A DNA stretch of 64,000 nt from an uncultured bacterium (GCA_963749495.1 CAVVMW010000004.1:160001-224000), one strand, 5' to 3'. Shown: positions 9,392 to 19,408, numbered from the stretch's first letter. Made by a program: numbers and translations. The notes: generated by a model not told the origin, from the sequence alone.

Positions 9392-9491
9392 GACCTTTGT
9401 CGCAGCCTTTGTCGCGGCCTTTGTCGAGCCCTGGCCAATCCGACAAAGGTTGCGACAAAGGCTGCGACGAAGGTTGCGACAAAGGTTGCGA
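9392..9491. repeat. palindromic cassette of 12-mer units (CCTTTGTCGCAG)3 ... (CGACAAAGGTTG)4, copy 1
   Basis: Directly visible; second copy at 10651-10743. Confidence 0.9.
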
Positions 9492-9571
9492 TGAGGTTCG
9501 GCCTATGCCGGGCTTGTGGACGGTCTCCAATCAGGGTTGCGGCCGCCGCCAGTCGATGCTCACTTGTGAGC

Positions 9572-10570
9572 GTGAAAGCATGGCTCCTTGACGATTTGAC
9601 GGGCCTCCAGGCCCTGCGCCTGGCCGAGGTGCCGGACCCGGTCCCGAGCGTGGGCGAGGCGGTCCTGGAAGTCCATTATGCCGCATTGAACCCCGCGGAC
9701 CGCTACCTGGCCGAGCGCCAATACCCGGCCCGGCCCTCGCTGCCCCATATCCTCGGACGCGACGGCCTGGGAACTGTCGTCCAGGCCAGCGATGGCGCAG
9801 GCCCGGTCCGCCCGGGCAACCGCCGCGTTATCCTGCGCAGTGACGTCGGGGGCAATCGGCCGGGAACGTTCGCTCAGCGCGTGGCTGCGCCGGCTGAGAG
9901 CCTGGTCGAGGTCCCTCCCGGCTGGAGCGAACCCGAGGCGGCCGGCGCCGCCCTGGTTTATCTGACGGCCTACCAAGCCCTGACTCAGTGGGGGCCGCTG
10001 GGCCAATCCGCCCTGGTGCTGGTCACAGGCGCCTCGGGCGGCGTCGGTGTCGCAACGGTCCAACTCGCCGCGGCCATGGGCCATAGGGTGCTGGCCCTCT
10101 CACGCAGTCCCGAGAAGCGGCGCCTGCGCAACCTGGGCGCCGCCGCCACCTATGACCCGCAGGACCCGCAATGGCGCCAGGCGGCCAAGGCGGCCCTGGC
10201 CGGCCGCCCGGTCGAGCTGGCTGTCGACACCATCGGCGGCCGGCTCCTGCCCAACGTCATCAACACCCTGGGCAACCTCGGCAAGGTCAGCCTGGTCGGG
10301 CGCCTGGCCGGCCCGGTCCCGGACTTCAACACCGCCAGCCTGTTCTTCCGCCGCATCCGCCTCGGTGGCGTCGCTGTCGGCGCCTATACGCCCGCCCAGA
10401 GCCATGCCGCCTGGCAGGAGGTCTTGCGCCTGCTCGAGCGGACCGGCGCCCGCCCGCAGGTGGACAGCCTCTTCCCCTTCGAGCAACTCCCCAAGGCCTT
10501 CGCTCGCCTGGCCCAAGGCCCCATGGGCAAGGTGTTGCTCAAAGTCAAAGGTGATGGCAGGCAAACGTGA
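9572..10570 (+). CDS. medium-chain dehydrogenase/reductase (NADPH:quinone reductase-like)
   Basis: ALNPAD, PHILGRDG, LVTGASGGVG, GKVLL motifs. Confidence 0.88.
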   Translation: MKAWLLDDLTGLQALRLAEVPDPVPSVGEAVLEVHYAALNPADRYLAERQYPARPSLPHILGRDGLGTVVQASDGAGPVRPGNRRVILRSDVGGNRPGTFAQRVAAPAESLVEVPPGWSEPEAAGAALVYLTAYQALTQWGPLGQSALVLVTGASGGVGVATVQLAAAMGHRVLALSRSPEKRRLRNLGAAATYDPQDPQWRQAAKAALAGRPVELAVDTIGGRLLPNVINTLGNLGKVSLVGRLAGPVPDFNTASLFFRRIRLGGVAVGAYTPAQSHAAWQEVLRLLERTGARPQVDSLFPFEQLPKAFARLAQGPMGKVLLKVKGDGRQT

Positions 10571-10650
10571 AACGTGAAACGGGCGAGGCGCTGCTGAAGG
10601 TGAAGGGCGATGCGGGTGTTCAGGACGTGACGTAGAGCCTGCCTCTTCCA

Positions 10651-10743
10651 GACCTTTGTCGCAACCTTTGTCGCAGCCTTTGTCGAGAAATGGCCAATCC
10701 GACAAGGGTTCGACAAAGGTTCCGACAAAGGTTTCGACAAAGG
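10651..10743. repeat. palindromic cassette of 12-mer units, copy 2
   Basis: Same units and the same central TGGCCAATCCGACAA as 9392-9491. Confidence 0.9.
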
Positions 10744-10844
10744 CGTGGAGCCGCGTCTTCCGGGGCAGTTGATGGGCTCGCCCAGTCCCTTTTGTCGCTT
10801 TTGTCCCTTTTGTCCCTTACCGCCCCAGTCACTCCCGCCGCCGC

Positions 10845-11459
10845 CTAATTCGAGATTGGCGCTGCCGGTTTCTGGATTTCCTGCGCGAGGGCCTTGGCGC
10901 TGCCGGCGACAGCCACCGCCTGCTTGCGGTCCAGGCTGTTGGCCTGGAAGATCGCCTGGATGTCAGCCGTGATGTCGGTCAGTTGCGAGGCTGGGAGCTT
11001 CTGCGGGTTGAGAATGGAGTTGAGGTCCTGGAGCAACCGCTCGCGTGTGGCCGCCGAGAGGAGCTTTTCCGAGAGGGCCGAGGCGAGACTGTCGGCCAAT
11101 TTCCTGGTGGTGGCCTGGGAGGGCTTGTTTGGGCCCTGGGCGGCCCCGATGAGGTGGCTGGCAAGCTGCAGCTTGAGTTGTGGGCTGGGCGTCGCGTCGG
11201 GCCTCAGGGCGATGAGGTCGGCTCGCACCCTGGCCAGGGCCTGCTCGGCGGGCGTCAAGGGGCGGGCCGGGGCGCCGGGCGCGGCTGCAACCGGTGGCGG
11301 TGGCAGCGGTTTGGCCGGCGAGGCCACACCCTGCTGGACATTGTTTTGGTTGACCAATTCCTTGGCGCGCTGCTTGATGATGACCGCTGACCCCTGGCCG
11401 AAAGCCGTTCCTGCGGCCAATACGAGGGCGAACCACGCGAGGACGAACCTTGTCTTCAT
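10845..11459 (-). CDS. secreted helical hypothetical protein
   Basis: Signal peptide MKTRFVLAWFALVLAAGTAFG, Pro-rich linker, helical C-terminal region. Confidence 0.75.
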   Translation of the reverse strand: MKTRFVLAWFALVLAAGTAFGQGSAVIIKQRAKELVNQNNVQQGVASPAKPLPPPPVAAAPGAPARPLTPAEQALARVRADLIALRPDATPSPQLKLQLASHLIGAAQGPNKPSQATTRKLADSLASALSEKLLSAATRERLLQDLNSILNPQKLPASQLTDITADIQAIFQANSLDRKQAVAVAGSAKALAQEIQKPAAPISN

Positions 11460-11637
11460 ACGAATACCTGATGTGCTACTGACACGAGAGTGCTCCCCCC
11501 CAGGCCGATTGTCAACCGTGAAAGGGCCGAGGGCCGAGGGGCTATGGTTGATCCTCTCTTACTATCAGCAACGCCCCGAGGCGTGCCCGGGACGCCACGA
11601 GCAAGGTCCGTGACTGCCAGCACGGCGCGCTTGCCGT

Positions 11638-12621
11638 TCAGGGAACCGTGTAGGTCCTTATGCTGCGCGTGGCGTGCCACGCCCACCAGAACCAGTCATT
11701 GTACTGCAAACCGGGTTTGGCGGTCTGCCGAGCGGGCACGCCGCTGTGAATGAAGAGATTGCTCTTCCACTTGTGGATTTCGGAATGGCCATCGGCGAAG
11801 GCGAAGCCGCAGCCGTTGTCGTGCATGGGGCTGCACCAGTCCACAAACTGCGGTTCGGCGGCGATGACCGCCATGGCGGCGTCATTGATCGTCCACGGAT
11901 CATCGTCCACAAAAGTCCAGATGTCCGCCGGGCTGGCGCTCTTGAAATCGGTCAGTTTGCCGAACGTGAGATACGGCTGGCCAGACTTGTGGCTGTGGTT
12001 GCCATCAAGCCAGGGGCCGTTCGTGGGCAGCGTCGGCTTGCCGTGATGGCCGCCGCTGGTGGCGAAGCCGGGATCAACCGTCCCCACGCCCTGATTGAGC
12101 GAGTAGCTGCGGATCACCGGAATGATGGTGCCGCGCCGGGCCGGGTCCGAGCCGGAGTAGGGACAATTCCGCGGGTCCGCCGGACACTTATATATCAGCA
12201 CGCTATATCCCAGATACTGGCCCATGAGGGCATATTTCGGGTCTGTTAGGTAATCCGGGTCGCCAGCCTCCGTGCTGCCGCCCGCAGCCACGGTCGGCAT
12301 CCAGCCCGACTGGTCGCCCGAGACCCAATGGTAATAAGGCGTGACATCGCCGGGGTCATCGGGGTTGGGCGGCAGGAAGTCAGTATTGTCATTTCCGTAC
12401 ATGAACGCGGCCTTCATCAGTTGGTTGAAGTTGTTCATGCAGTTGAGATTCTTGGCCCGGGTCTTGGCCTTGGCCAGTGCCGGCAGCAGCATCGCCGCCA
12501 GGATGGCTATGATGGCGATGACCACCAGCAGTTCGATCAAGGTAAAGCCGGCCCGCTTGGTGGAACCGCGGGAGATCCGGCGAGCCTTTCTCCCGCGGGA
12601 ACGATCCAATCTTGTTTTCAT
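11638..12621 (-). CDS. prepilin-type N-terminal cleavage/methylation protein (DUF1559 / H-X9-DG type)
   Basis: [25 protein letters not shown] and H-X9-DG ([13 protein letters not shown]). Confidence 0.92.
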   Translation of the reverse strand: MKTRLDRSRGRKARRISRGSTKRAGFTLIELLVVIAIIAILAAMLLPALAKAKTRAKNLNCMNNFNQLMKAAFMYGNDNTDFLPPNPDDPGDVTPYYHWVSGDQSGWMPTVAAGGSTEAGDPDYLTDPKYALMGQYLGYSVLIYKCPADPRNCPYSGSDPARRGTIIPVIRSYSLNQGVGTVDPGFATSGGHHGKPTLPTNGPWLDGNHSHKSGQPYLTFGKLTDFKSASPADIWTFVDDDPWTINDAAMAVIAAEPQFVDWCSPMHDNGCGFAFADGHSEIHKWKSNLFIHSGVPARQTAKPGLQYNDWFWWAWHATRSIRTYTVP

Positions 12622-12927
12622 GCTTGTTACGATGAATAGCACCTCTGCGATCAGCTTGTGCCTGTTGCCCAACCGGGAATCTTGCACTTACTTTACGACG
12701 CCTGGTCCTTTGAGTCAATCTAAATCCGTGTAGTACTTTGTCTGACAGTCACTCAAGGCAATGCCTTATAGGAATTCAAGCAGAGATCGAGGCTGCCGAG
12801 CATTCGACAGCATCCCTGCGGGGTGTATTTTGGCGCAGGCGTGGCTACTTGGCTTGGCTGTTGAGCCAACGGCGCCAAAAGGCGCCCGGCAGCGCGCCTG
12901 TGCAGACCGCGCTGCAATTATGAGAAT

Positions 12928-13232
12928 GTCTTAAATAGGGGGTCTTAAATAGGGGTAAATAGGGGTCACATCTATATAGGGGTAAATAGGGGTCACATCT
13001 ATATATAGGGGTAAATAGGGGTCACATCTATACATTTTTACAATGTTTTCTGGACGCGCCTCATCTCCTCGCGTCGGTAAATCGGCGTCGGTAAATCAGG
13101 GTCAAGGTAAATCAGGGGCATATCTAAACATTGTTTACGCGGACTCACATTGTAAGAAAGTATAGATGTGACCCCGCTTCTTGACTCTCCGCTTCTTGAC
13201 TTCTCCCTCTCCCCCCCGCTTCTCCCTCCCGT
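12928..13232. repeat. RAYT-associated REP-like motifs (GGGTCACATCTATAC...TTACAATGT) with stuttered flanks
   Basis: Full copy at about 13018-13046, inverted copy at 13147-13174, degenerate copy at about 13114-13138; TAAATAGGGG, GGTAAATC and CCGCTTCTTGACT stutters. Confidence 0.8.
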
Positions 13233-13653
13233 TGATCGAGAGCGTCGTCTCCTTGCGCAACCGCGCCGCGATGGCCAGCTTTGCCGGATCGCTCTTGCGC
13301 CGGGCCGCCAGGTCGCTCTGCTTCCAGCCCAACCGCTGCAATTCCTCGGCCACTATACGCCCCGCCTTGGTTTCCGCTGTCTCCAGGCGCAACTCTCCTG
13401 AGTGATGTTCCCCAAGCTTGCCCTCCATGCCTGCAACCAGGTTGGCGTTCCGAGTCTCGAGCACCAGGTGATAGTGATTGTGCATCAGGCACTAGTCATG
13501 CACCTGCCATCCGGTCTTCTGGCAAGCCTCGGCCACCGTCTTGATGAAGTCCTGCCGATCCACGTCATCCAGGAAGATGTCCTCCGGCCGATCGCCCCGG
13601 CTCATCACGTGATACATGGCCCCTGGATATTCGACACGTAGCTTGCGCGGCAT
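13232..13653 (-). pseudogene. REP-associated tyrosine transposase (RAYT/TnpA-REP, Y1 HUH), inactivated
   Basis: MPRKLRVEYPGAMYHVMSRG...VHD*CLMHNHYHLVLET with HUH motif; TAG at 13492-13494; the central catalytic-Tyr region is deleted, joining directly to the C-terminal helical part. Confidence 0.88.
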
Positions 13654-13730
13654 CGGCCATGGGTACAGCGCCCCCGACCGATCCGTCAACATGAGAACCG
13701 CTCCATGCTATGGTTTAATATCTTCACGAG

Positions 13731-13864
13731 AACTCCCTTAGGAGTGGCTTGTTTACAGACAGCGGCGGCTCCAACTCCAGCCTCCTCCTTTTCTTGTTTT
13801 TCACTGGCGCGGTTGCCTCGGCGGACGGCAACGTCGCGCCCCGCCGCGCCGCTGAAAAACAAGA
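13731..13864. repeat. REP-like element with inverted repeat
   Basis: ACTCCCTTAGGAGT hairpin; TCTTGTTTTTCACTGGCGCGG / CCGCGCCGCTGAAAAACAAGA. Confidence 0.7.
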
Positions 13865-13870
13865 TGAAGT

Positions 13871-15169
13871 TCACTCGTTGCGAAGCTGCCAGGGTTCTTC
13901 CCGAAAGACAGAGGCGGGATAGGGATCGGGATAGGGTGGGGGGATTCTCTTTCGAATAGGGAGATAGTTGACCAGTTTTACCGCCAAGTTCAGCGCGCGG
14001 TCATGGAAGCTCGGCGGCTCGCCCAGGACCACGCCCCAGGTCCAGACCTCGCCATTCGCCGTGAGCGCCACGCCGATGCCCAGGTGGGCACCGGGAGCCA
14101 CGAAATGAAGGGCGCCGCCAGCGTAAGCGACGGACTCCCTCTTAAACGCGGCTCGCCGGAACCGCACCGGTGGGTAAGGACTCTTCGGCCCGTTGGGGTT
14201 GGGATCGGTTGCGTCCATCAGCCACAATGAACCGTCTTTCTTGGTCAGCCCCGGGCACCACCACCCCCTGGTGCAAGTGGAAATCGCCTTCCAATCCGAA
14301 TTCGTTCCCACGCGAGTGGGAACGGCATCTTGAGCCGGATCGCTCGCCTCCGTATAGATATGCGCCTGGCTCCCCCAGGCCCAGAGGGTGCCGTCCGATT
14401 TGATGGCGAAGGCGGTGTCCCCGACAAGGCCCGCGTCCACCCAATTCGTGTCCGGGCTGTTGCGCATGGGGGCGGAGATCGTGGCGGCCTGGGTGTGGAC
14501 GTCCGGATTGGGGATGTCTCCCCAGCACCAAAGGCTGCCATCGGCCTGCATCGCCACGGCGGCGCGATTGCCGGCCCAGACTTTGATCCAATTCGTGTCC
14601 GAGCCGATCCTCACCGGCACCGCGCTGCTGTAGCTCGGGGTAATTCCCAGCCACCCGCTCCAGTTGCTGCCCCAGCCCCACAAAGTGCCGTCCCTCTTTA
14701 CTGCGACGCAGTAGATGCCGCCCGCGGCAGCTTGCTTCCAGTCATGACCCGCTGCGGCGGGGACGGGCACTGCAATCGGTGTCAGTCTGCCCATCATGCT
14801 TTGTCCCCAGGTCCAGAGTGTGCCGTCGGACTTGATCGCCAGGTTGTGGCTGACCCCGGCAGAGATGCTGCCCCAGTTGGTTTCGTCGCCGACGCGGCGC
14901 AGGCTGGTGGAACGGTTCGTGAGGCCCAAACCAAGAACCGGCCAACCGAAGTGGTCCGAGCCCCACGACCAGAGGCTACCATCGGAAGCGAGGATGAGCC
15001 CATGTCTGTCGCCCAGGCTGATGGCGGGAGTGCCGGTGCCGACCGGCAATCTCAGCTTGCCCCGGCCCGAGGAATCACTGAGCAGGCTCGTGATTAAACC
15101 CGTAAGGCCAATGGCCAGCACCATAATCGCAACCGGGACAATCTTGCCTCTGAGCCGAGTACGAACCAT
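13871..15169 (-). CDS. membrane-anchored RCC1/BLIP-II repeat beta-propeller protein
   Basis: Repeated DGSLWSWG / DGTLWTWG units and an N-terminal hydrophobic helix. Confidence 0.88.
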   Translation of the reverse strand: MVRTRLRGKIVPVAIMVLAIGLTGLITSLLSDSSGRGKLRLPVGTGTPAISLGDRHGLILASDGSLWSWGSDHFGWPVLGLGLTNRSTSLRRVGDETNWGSISAGVSHNLAIKSDGTLWTWGQSMMGRLTPIAVPVPAAAGHDWKQAAAGGIYCVAVKRDGTLWGWGSNWSGWLGITPSYSSAVPVRIGSDTNWIKVWAGNRAAVAMQADGSLWCWGDIPNPDVHTQAATISAPMRNSPDTNWVDAGLVGDTAFAIKSDGTLWAWGSQAHIYTEASDPAQDAVPTRVGTNSDWKAISTCTRGWWCPGLTKKDGSLWLMDATDPNPNGPKSPYPPVRFRRAAFKRESVAYAGGALHFVAPGAHLGIGVALTANGEVWTWGVVLGEPPSFHDRALNLAVKLVNYLPIRKRIPPPYPDPYPASVFREEPWQLRNE

Positions 15170-15244
15170 GGACCTGAGATAAGCCTTGCGGGAGGATAAT
15201 GTCGAGTTTGAAGGGTCGGCACTATGGCTGATTTTAGAAGGTTT

Positions 15245-15961
15245 TCAGTCGCGGGTAATCTGGCGGAGGGTGGCTTCCAATTGCAGGCGCAGGGCCTCGC
15301 GCTCCGCATCGGTGGCCTCGCGTGGGACGCGGACGGGCTGCTCGAAAATCACCCGGCACCGCGAAAAGGGCATCGGGATTTGGAACCGGTCCCAACTCTT
15401 GGCCCGGATCTTGCGGTTCAGATGATAGGACACCGGGAGGATGGGCAGGCCGGTGACCTGGGCCAGGGACATCACCCCCTTCTGGACCACATAACAGGGG
15501 CCACGCGGTCCGTCGGGCGTAATGGCCAGGTCATAGCCCCGCTCGGCCCAGGTCGTCAGTTCCAGCAGCGCCTGCGGGCCCCGCCGGCTCGATGAACCCC
15601 GCACCGGCTGGACCTTGAAGCACCGGAGAATGGCTGCCAGGAATCCACCGTCTTTGCTGGCGCTGACCATGGCTGCCATGCCGGGAGAGGCATTCCGAGC
15701 CATGGCATAGCTGTAATAGGCCTTCATGCAAAGGGCCAGCCGATTGTGCCAAATGCAGTAGATCACCGGCCCGCCCACGGTGCTCAGGAAACCGGAGCGA
15801 TCCTCGTATTGGCAGCGCACCGTCCCCGCCACCAGCCGCACCAGGGCATAGACCATCCACGCGCCCAGGCGTTGGGACCATCGCGTCTCATGCGGCACGA
15901 CCACCCCGCTGAGGCGCCTGGTTCGCGGGCGGCGCGTGGGATTGCACGTCGAGGTGTTCAT
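15245..15961 (-). CDS. DUF374 / lysophospholipid acyltransferase family protein
   Basis: WHNR, SASKDG, RGSSSRRG, TPDGPRGP, SWDRFQIPMPF motifs. Confidence 0.88.
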   Translation of the reverse strand: MNTSTCNPTRRPRTRRLSGVVVPHETRWSQRLGAWMVYALVRLVAGTVRCQYEDRSGFLSTVGGPVIYCIWHNRLALCMKAYYSYAMARNASPGMAAMVSASKDGGFLAAILRCFKVQPVRGSSSRRGPQALLELTTWAERGYDLAITPDGPRGPCYVVQKGVMSLAQVTGLPILPVSYHLNRKIRAKSWDRFQIPMPFSRCRVIFEQPVRVPREATDAEREALRLQLEATLRQITRD

Positions 15962-16569
15962 GCCCTATCACCCTTCCTCAAGCAGGCGCGGACCAGGTCC
16001 TCGACTGTGGCCTGGGGGCCGAGGGCGGCCTGCGCCTTGCGGATGGAATCGTGGGCCTCCAGTTGCTTGAAGCCCAGGGCCATGAGCGCCAGCACGGCAT
16101 CGTTGACGCGCTGGTCGGCCTCCGAGCGCCCCCGTTCGGCGCTGGAGGCCTCCCAGGCCCCGGCCACGCCGATCTTGTCCTTGAGTTCGACCACGATGCG
16201 CTCGGCCGTCTTGCGGCCCACACCGGAGATCTGCGAGAGGGCCTTGAGGTCGCCATTGGCCACAGCGCCGCGAAAGGCCACCACGCTGATCCCGCTCAGG
16301 ATGTTGAGGGCGATCTTCGGGCCGATGCCGCTGACCGTATTGATGAGCAAGCGGAACAGGTCCCGCTCCGCCCCGCTCATGAAGCCGTAGAGGGTGTGCG
16401 AGTCCTCACGCACCACCAGGTGCGTGAGCAGCTTCACCTGCGCGCCCGGCGGCGGGAGTTTGTCGTAAGACGACAACGGGATGAGCGCCTCATAACCGAC
16501 CCCGTTGACCTCGACCGTGACCTGGGTCGGCAGGGCCTCAACCACCGGGCCTTTAAGAAAAGTGATCAT
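15958..16569 (-). CDS. ruvA: Holliday junction branch migration protein RuvA
   Basis: MITFLKG, NGVGYE, REDSHTLYGF, SGIGPKIAL, GVGRKTAERIVVELKDK. Confidence 0.96.
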   Translation of the reverse strand: MITFLKGPVVEALPTQVTVEVNGVGYEALIPLSSYDKLPPPGAQVKLLTHLVVREDSHTLYGFMSGAERDLFRLLINTVSGIGPKIALNILSGISVVAFRGAVANGDLKALSQISGVGRKTAERIVVELKDKIGVAGAWEASSAERGRSEADQRVNDAVLALMALGFKQLEAHDSIRKAQAALGPQATVEDLVRACLRKGDRA

Positions 16570-16605
16570 ACAAAGGAAGCCTCGGGATGGACCACAACGG
16601 GCGGA

Positions 16606-16645
16606 CCCCTCACCCCGGCCCTCTCCCCATCGGATGGGGAGAGGG
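16606..16645. repeat. CCCTCACCCCGGCCCTCTCCC...GGGAGAGGG type REP hairpin
   Basis: Directly visible in the ruvC-ruvA spacer. Confidence 0.8.
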
Positions 16646-16724
16646 AGCACGGTTCGTCGCCACACACCTCAGTGCAACCGGACGACCGGCTAATAGCTTG
16701 TTCACCTGGCACGCGGTGTCTTTC

Positions 16725-16756
16725 GACTGTGGACTGTGGACTGTGGACTGTGGACT
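16725..16756. repeat. heptamer tandem array (GACTGTG)4
   Basis: Directly visible immediately after the ruvC stop. Confidence 0.9.
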
Positions 16757-17353
16757 TCATATGCGCTTGAGCGGACTGAGCGAATAGCGCCCGCTCTCCT
16801 GGGCGAAGGTCAGGGCCAGGGCCAAGGCATCGGCCGCATCGGGCGCCGGCGGCTGCCGCAGGCGCAACAGGCGCTGGACCATTTTGGCCACCGCGTCTTT
16901 TTGGGCCGCACCGTAGCCGACGATGGCCTGCTTGACCTTTCGGGGCGCCAATTCGTAGATCTCCAGCCCGGCCTCGGCCGCGACGGCCAGCGCCGCCCCG
17001 CGCGCCTCGCCCATGACCAGGGCCGTTTGCAGGTTCTGGGCGTAAAACAGGCCCTCGACCACGCAGACGGTCGGGTGATGCCGCGGCAGGATGTCCCGCA
17101 GGTCCCGGGCGATCTTGACCAGGCAGCGGGAGTGTTCCCAGTGCGCGGGACACGAGATGGTCCCATGGGCCAGCGTTTGCGCGTGGGGTTTGGCCAGGCG
17201 AATCACCCCGTAACCGGTGCCGCGCAAGGAAGGGTCCAGGCCCAGGATGACCTGGTGGGGACTGGCGGCGCTCCTCTCCAGCACGGGCACCGCCCGGCGT
17301 GTTCCGCCCAGGCGCTCCTCCATCTGCTTGAACTGCTGTGGCGTGATGCCCAT
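16757..17353 (-). CDS. ruvC: crossover junction endodeoxyribonuclease RuvC
   Basis: ILGLDPSLRGTGYG, VEGLFY, MGEARG, VKQAIVGYGAAQK, DAADALALA. Confidence 0.96.
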   Translation of the reverse strand: MGITPQQFKQMEERLGGTRRAVPVLERSAASPHQVILGLDPSLRGTGYGVIRLAKPHAQTLAHGTISCPAHWEHSRCLVKIARDLRDILPRHHPTVCVVEGLFYAQNLQTALVMGEARGAALAVAAEAGLEIYELAPRKVKQAIVGYGAAQKDAVAKMVQRLLRLRQPPAPDAADALALALTFAQESGRYSLSPLKRI

Positions 17354-17358
17354 CAGCC

Positions 17359-18642
17359 CTACCGCGGCTGCTTGCCGTAGCGCATCCGGGAAGCAGCGCC
17401 GGGGTTGGCCCCCGCCCCCGCCCCCGCCCCCATCCTCATGGGGTTGGCCGGGGCGAGTTGCGGAGTGGCAGCGGCAACGATCAGCGAGGCCGTGAACTGC
17501 CCGCCCACCACCGTCTTGTCCGTGTCCGGCAGGGCCAGGAAGATCTTCCCGGACACGCTGGTGCCGGGCACGCCAGTGGGGGACATGCCGGTGTCCGTCG
17601 CCTGGCCCAACTCGAGTTTGAGGGCATAACCCGACGAGAACCTCTGCTCGGTGGCGGCAAACCGGGGATTGGTTTTCCAGAGCTTGACGACCTGTGTAAT
17701 GACGGGGTCGCGCGTCTCCGTGGAGACGGTGAAGGTCTGGTTGGTGGGCCATTCATTGGGCTTGAGATGGAGAAAGACGCGGACGCCGCGATCCGGTGAG
17801 AGGCCCGTTCCCTGGCGCAACGTCAGGGCATAATAATCTGGGGTCTTGTCGAGCCGCGCGGTTTCGCAGACGAAATTGGTTCCGGCGATGAGGCCATTGA
17901 CCTTGCCGGCCGGGATCTTGGCCTGCTCGACGTTCAGCGTGTAGGCCGGGGCCACGATGGGGAGCTGTTTGGCGGGCGACGCGGTCCCGGTCGCCGTCGA
18001 GGCGCCCTCAATCCCTCCAGTGTCCGCCGCCGCCGCCCCGCTGTCGCCAGCCACGGGGACACCCTGGCCGGCATCGGCGCCGGTCAGCTTCCGTTTCAGG
18101 GCGTTCCGTTTGGCCGGAGCGGGGCGGTCGGGTTGGGTGTTTTCGAGGGCATCGTTGACATCCATGGCCTGGCCGACGTCCCCGCCGACCACGGGGCGTT
18201 TGGAGGCCTGGTCGACTTTGGCGTTGAACTTGGGCTGGGCCTGGTTGGTATAGTAGTCATAGCCGTAGTAGCCGCCCACGCCCAGGGCGGCCAGGCCTGT
18301 GCAGATGAGCGCCCACTTGAGGACCGGGTTGGCCTTTTTCTGGACCTTGGGTTGGAACGGCCGTTGCGCGATGCCGGCGGGGGTGGTGGAACGGGCGACT
18401 TGCGTCCTGCCGGCCGAGAGCCGGGAGGCCCCGCCCGGCGGGGGCTTGAGCACCGGCGCAACGAACTGGGAACCGGGGGTGGAAGCGGGAGCCTGATTCG
18501 ATCCGGCCGGGGGCGCGGCCTCGATCTGCGGAACCACCATCGCGCCCTGGCACGTCGGGCAGTTGATCTGGTGCCCGCACCAGAGTTGGTCGCATTGGAT
18601 TTGCTGTTGGCAATGCGGGCAGGTGAACTTGATGTCAGCCAT
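17359..18642 (-). CDS. zinc-ribbon single-pass membrane hypothetical protein
   Basis: MADIKFTCPHC...INCPTC, Pro-rich linker, one TM helix, C-terminal globular domain. Confidence 0.78.
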   Translation of the reverse strand: MADIKFTCPHCQQQIQCDQLWCGHQINCPTCQGAMVVPQIEAAPPAGSNQAPASTPGSQFVAPVLKPPPGGASRLSAGRTQVARSTTPAGIAQRPFQPKVQKKANPVLKWALICTGLAALGVGGYYGYDYYTNQAQPKFNAKVDQASKRPVVGGDVGQAMDVNDALENTQPDRPAPAKRNALKRKLTGADAGQGVPVAGDSGAAAADTGGIEGASTATGTASPAKQLPIVAPAYTLNVEQAKIPAGKVNGLIAGTNFVCETARLDKTPDYYALTLRQGTGLSPDRGVRVFLHLKPNEWPTNQTFTVSTETRDPVITQVVKLWKTNPRFAATEQRFSSGYALKLELGQATDTGMSPTGVPGTSVSGKIFLALPDTDKTVVGGQFTASLIVAAATPQLAPANPMRMGAGAGAGANPGAASRMRYGKQPR

Positions 18643-18803
18643 AATCTTACTTTGTTCAAAGCCGGTTTTTGCTTGGTCGGCGCAGGCCAGGAGGCCCGTT
18701 GGCCTCGGCGTGGTCACGGCTCCTATATACAGCACTCCGCATCCTGGGAGTCAAGTTGCAAGGTTGAATTGCATTTTGGCTGCGCGGCACTTAACCTGCG
18801 GGC

Positions 18804-19370
18804 ATGACGTTGCTTGAACGGGCTGTCGAGGAGTCGGTGGCCGCGTTGCGCGGGCTCAGCCCGCTGGAGGAGCCCTTGAACGGGGCGGCCCGGATGGTTC
18901 TGGGCTGCCTGACCTCGGGCCACAAACTGCTGATCTGCGGCAATGGCGGCAGCGCTTCGGATGCCACGCACCTGGCAACCGAGTTCCTGTGCCGCTACCG
19001 CGAAGACCGCCGCCCCTATCCGGCCATTTCCCTGACGGCCAACGGCGAGTTCATGACCGCCGTGTGCAATGATTACCATTCCGACGAGATCTTCGCCCGC
19101 CAGGTCTGGGGCCTGGGCCAGCCGGGCGACCTGCTCGTGGCCTTTACCACCAGCGGCAGGTCCCGCAACGTGCTGCGCGCCCTCGAAGAGGCCCGCCGCC
19201 TGGGGCTGGGCACCCTCTGTTTCCTGGGCCGCGACGGCGGCTTCACCCGCGGCGTGGCGGACCTCGAATTGCTGGTCCCCGGCAACTCCACCGCCCGCAT
19301 CCAGGAGGCCCAGAAACTCCTCTTCCACGTCCTGTGCGAGACGGTCGAGGCCGGGCTGCCAAGACAGTAG
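18804..19370 (+). CDS. gmhA: phosphoheptose isomerase (SIS domain)
   Basis: CGNGGSASDATH, ND, TTSGRSRNV, TARIQE. Confidence 0.92.
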   Translation: MTLLERAVEESVAALRGLSPLEEPLNGAARMVLGCLTSGHKLLICGNGGSASDATHLATEFLCRYREDRRPYPAISLTANGEFMTAVCNDYHSDEIFARQVWGLGQPGDLLVAFTTSGRSRNVLRALEEARRLGLGTLCFLGRDGGFTRGVADLELLVPGNSTARIQEAQKLLFHVLCETVEAGLPRQ

Positions 19371-19408
19371 CCGGTTTGTTGAACCCTGAACCCGCCTCTT
19401 GACCACCG

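Noticed and set aside
9392..10743. 12-mer and other arrays as a CRISPR array
   Set aside because: Units are contiguous with no unique spacers, and no cas genes are in the window
12928..13030. TAAATAGGGG repeats as a true telomere or replication iterons
   Set aside because: Internal position, irregular units, no rep gene; better explained by the adjacent RAYT REP motif
15958..17353. Absence of ruvB next to ruvC-ruvA as an anomaly
   Set aside because: ruvB is often unlinked; cannot be judged from one window
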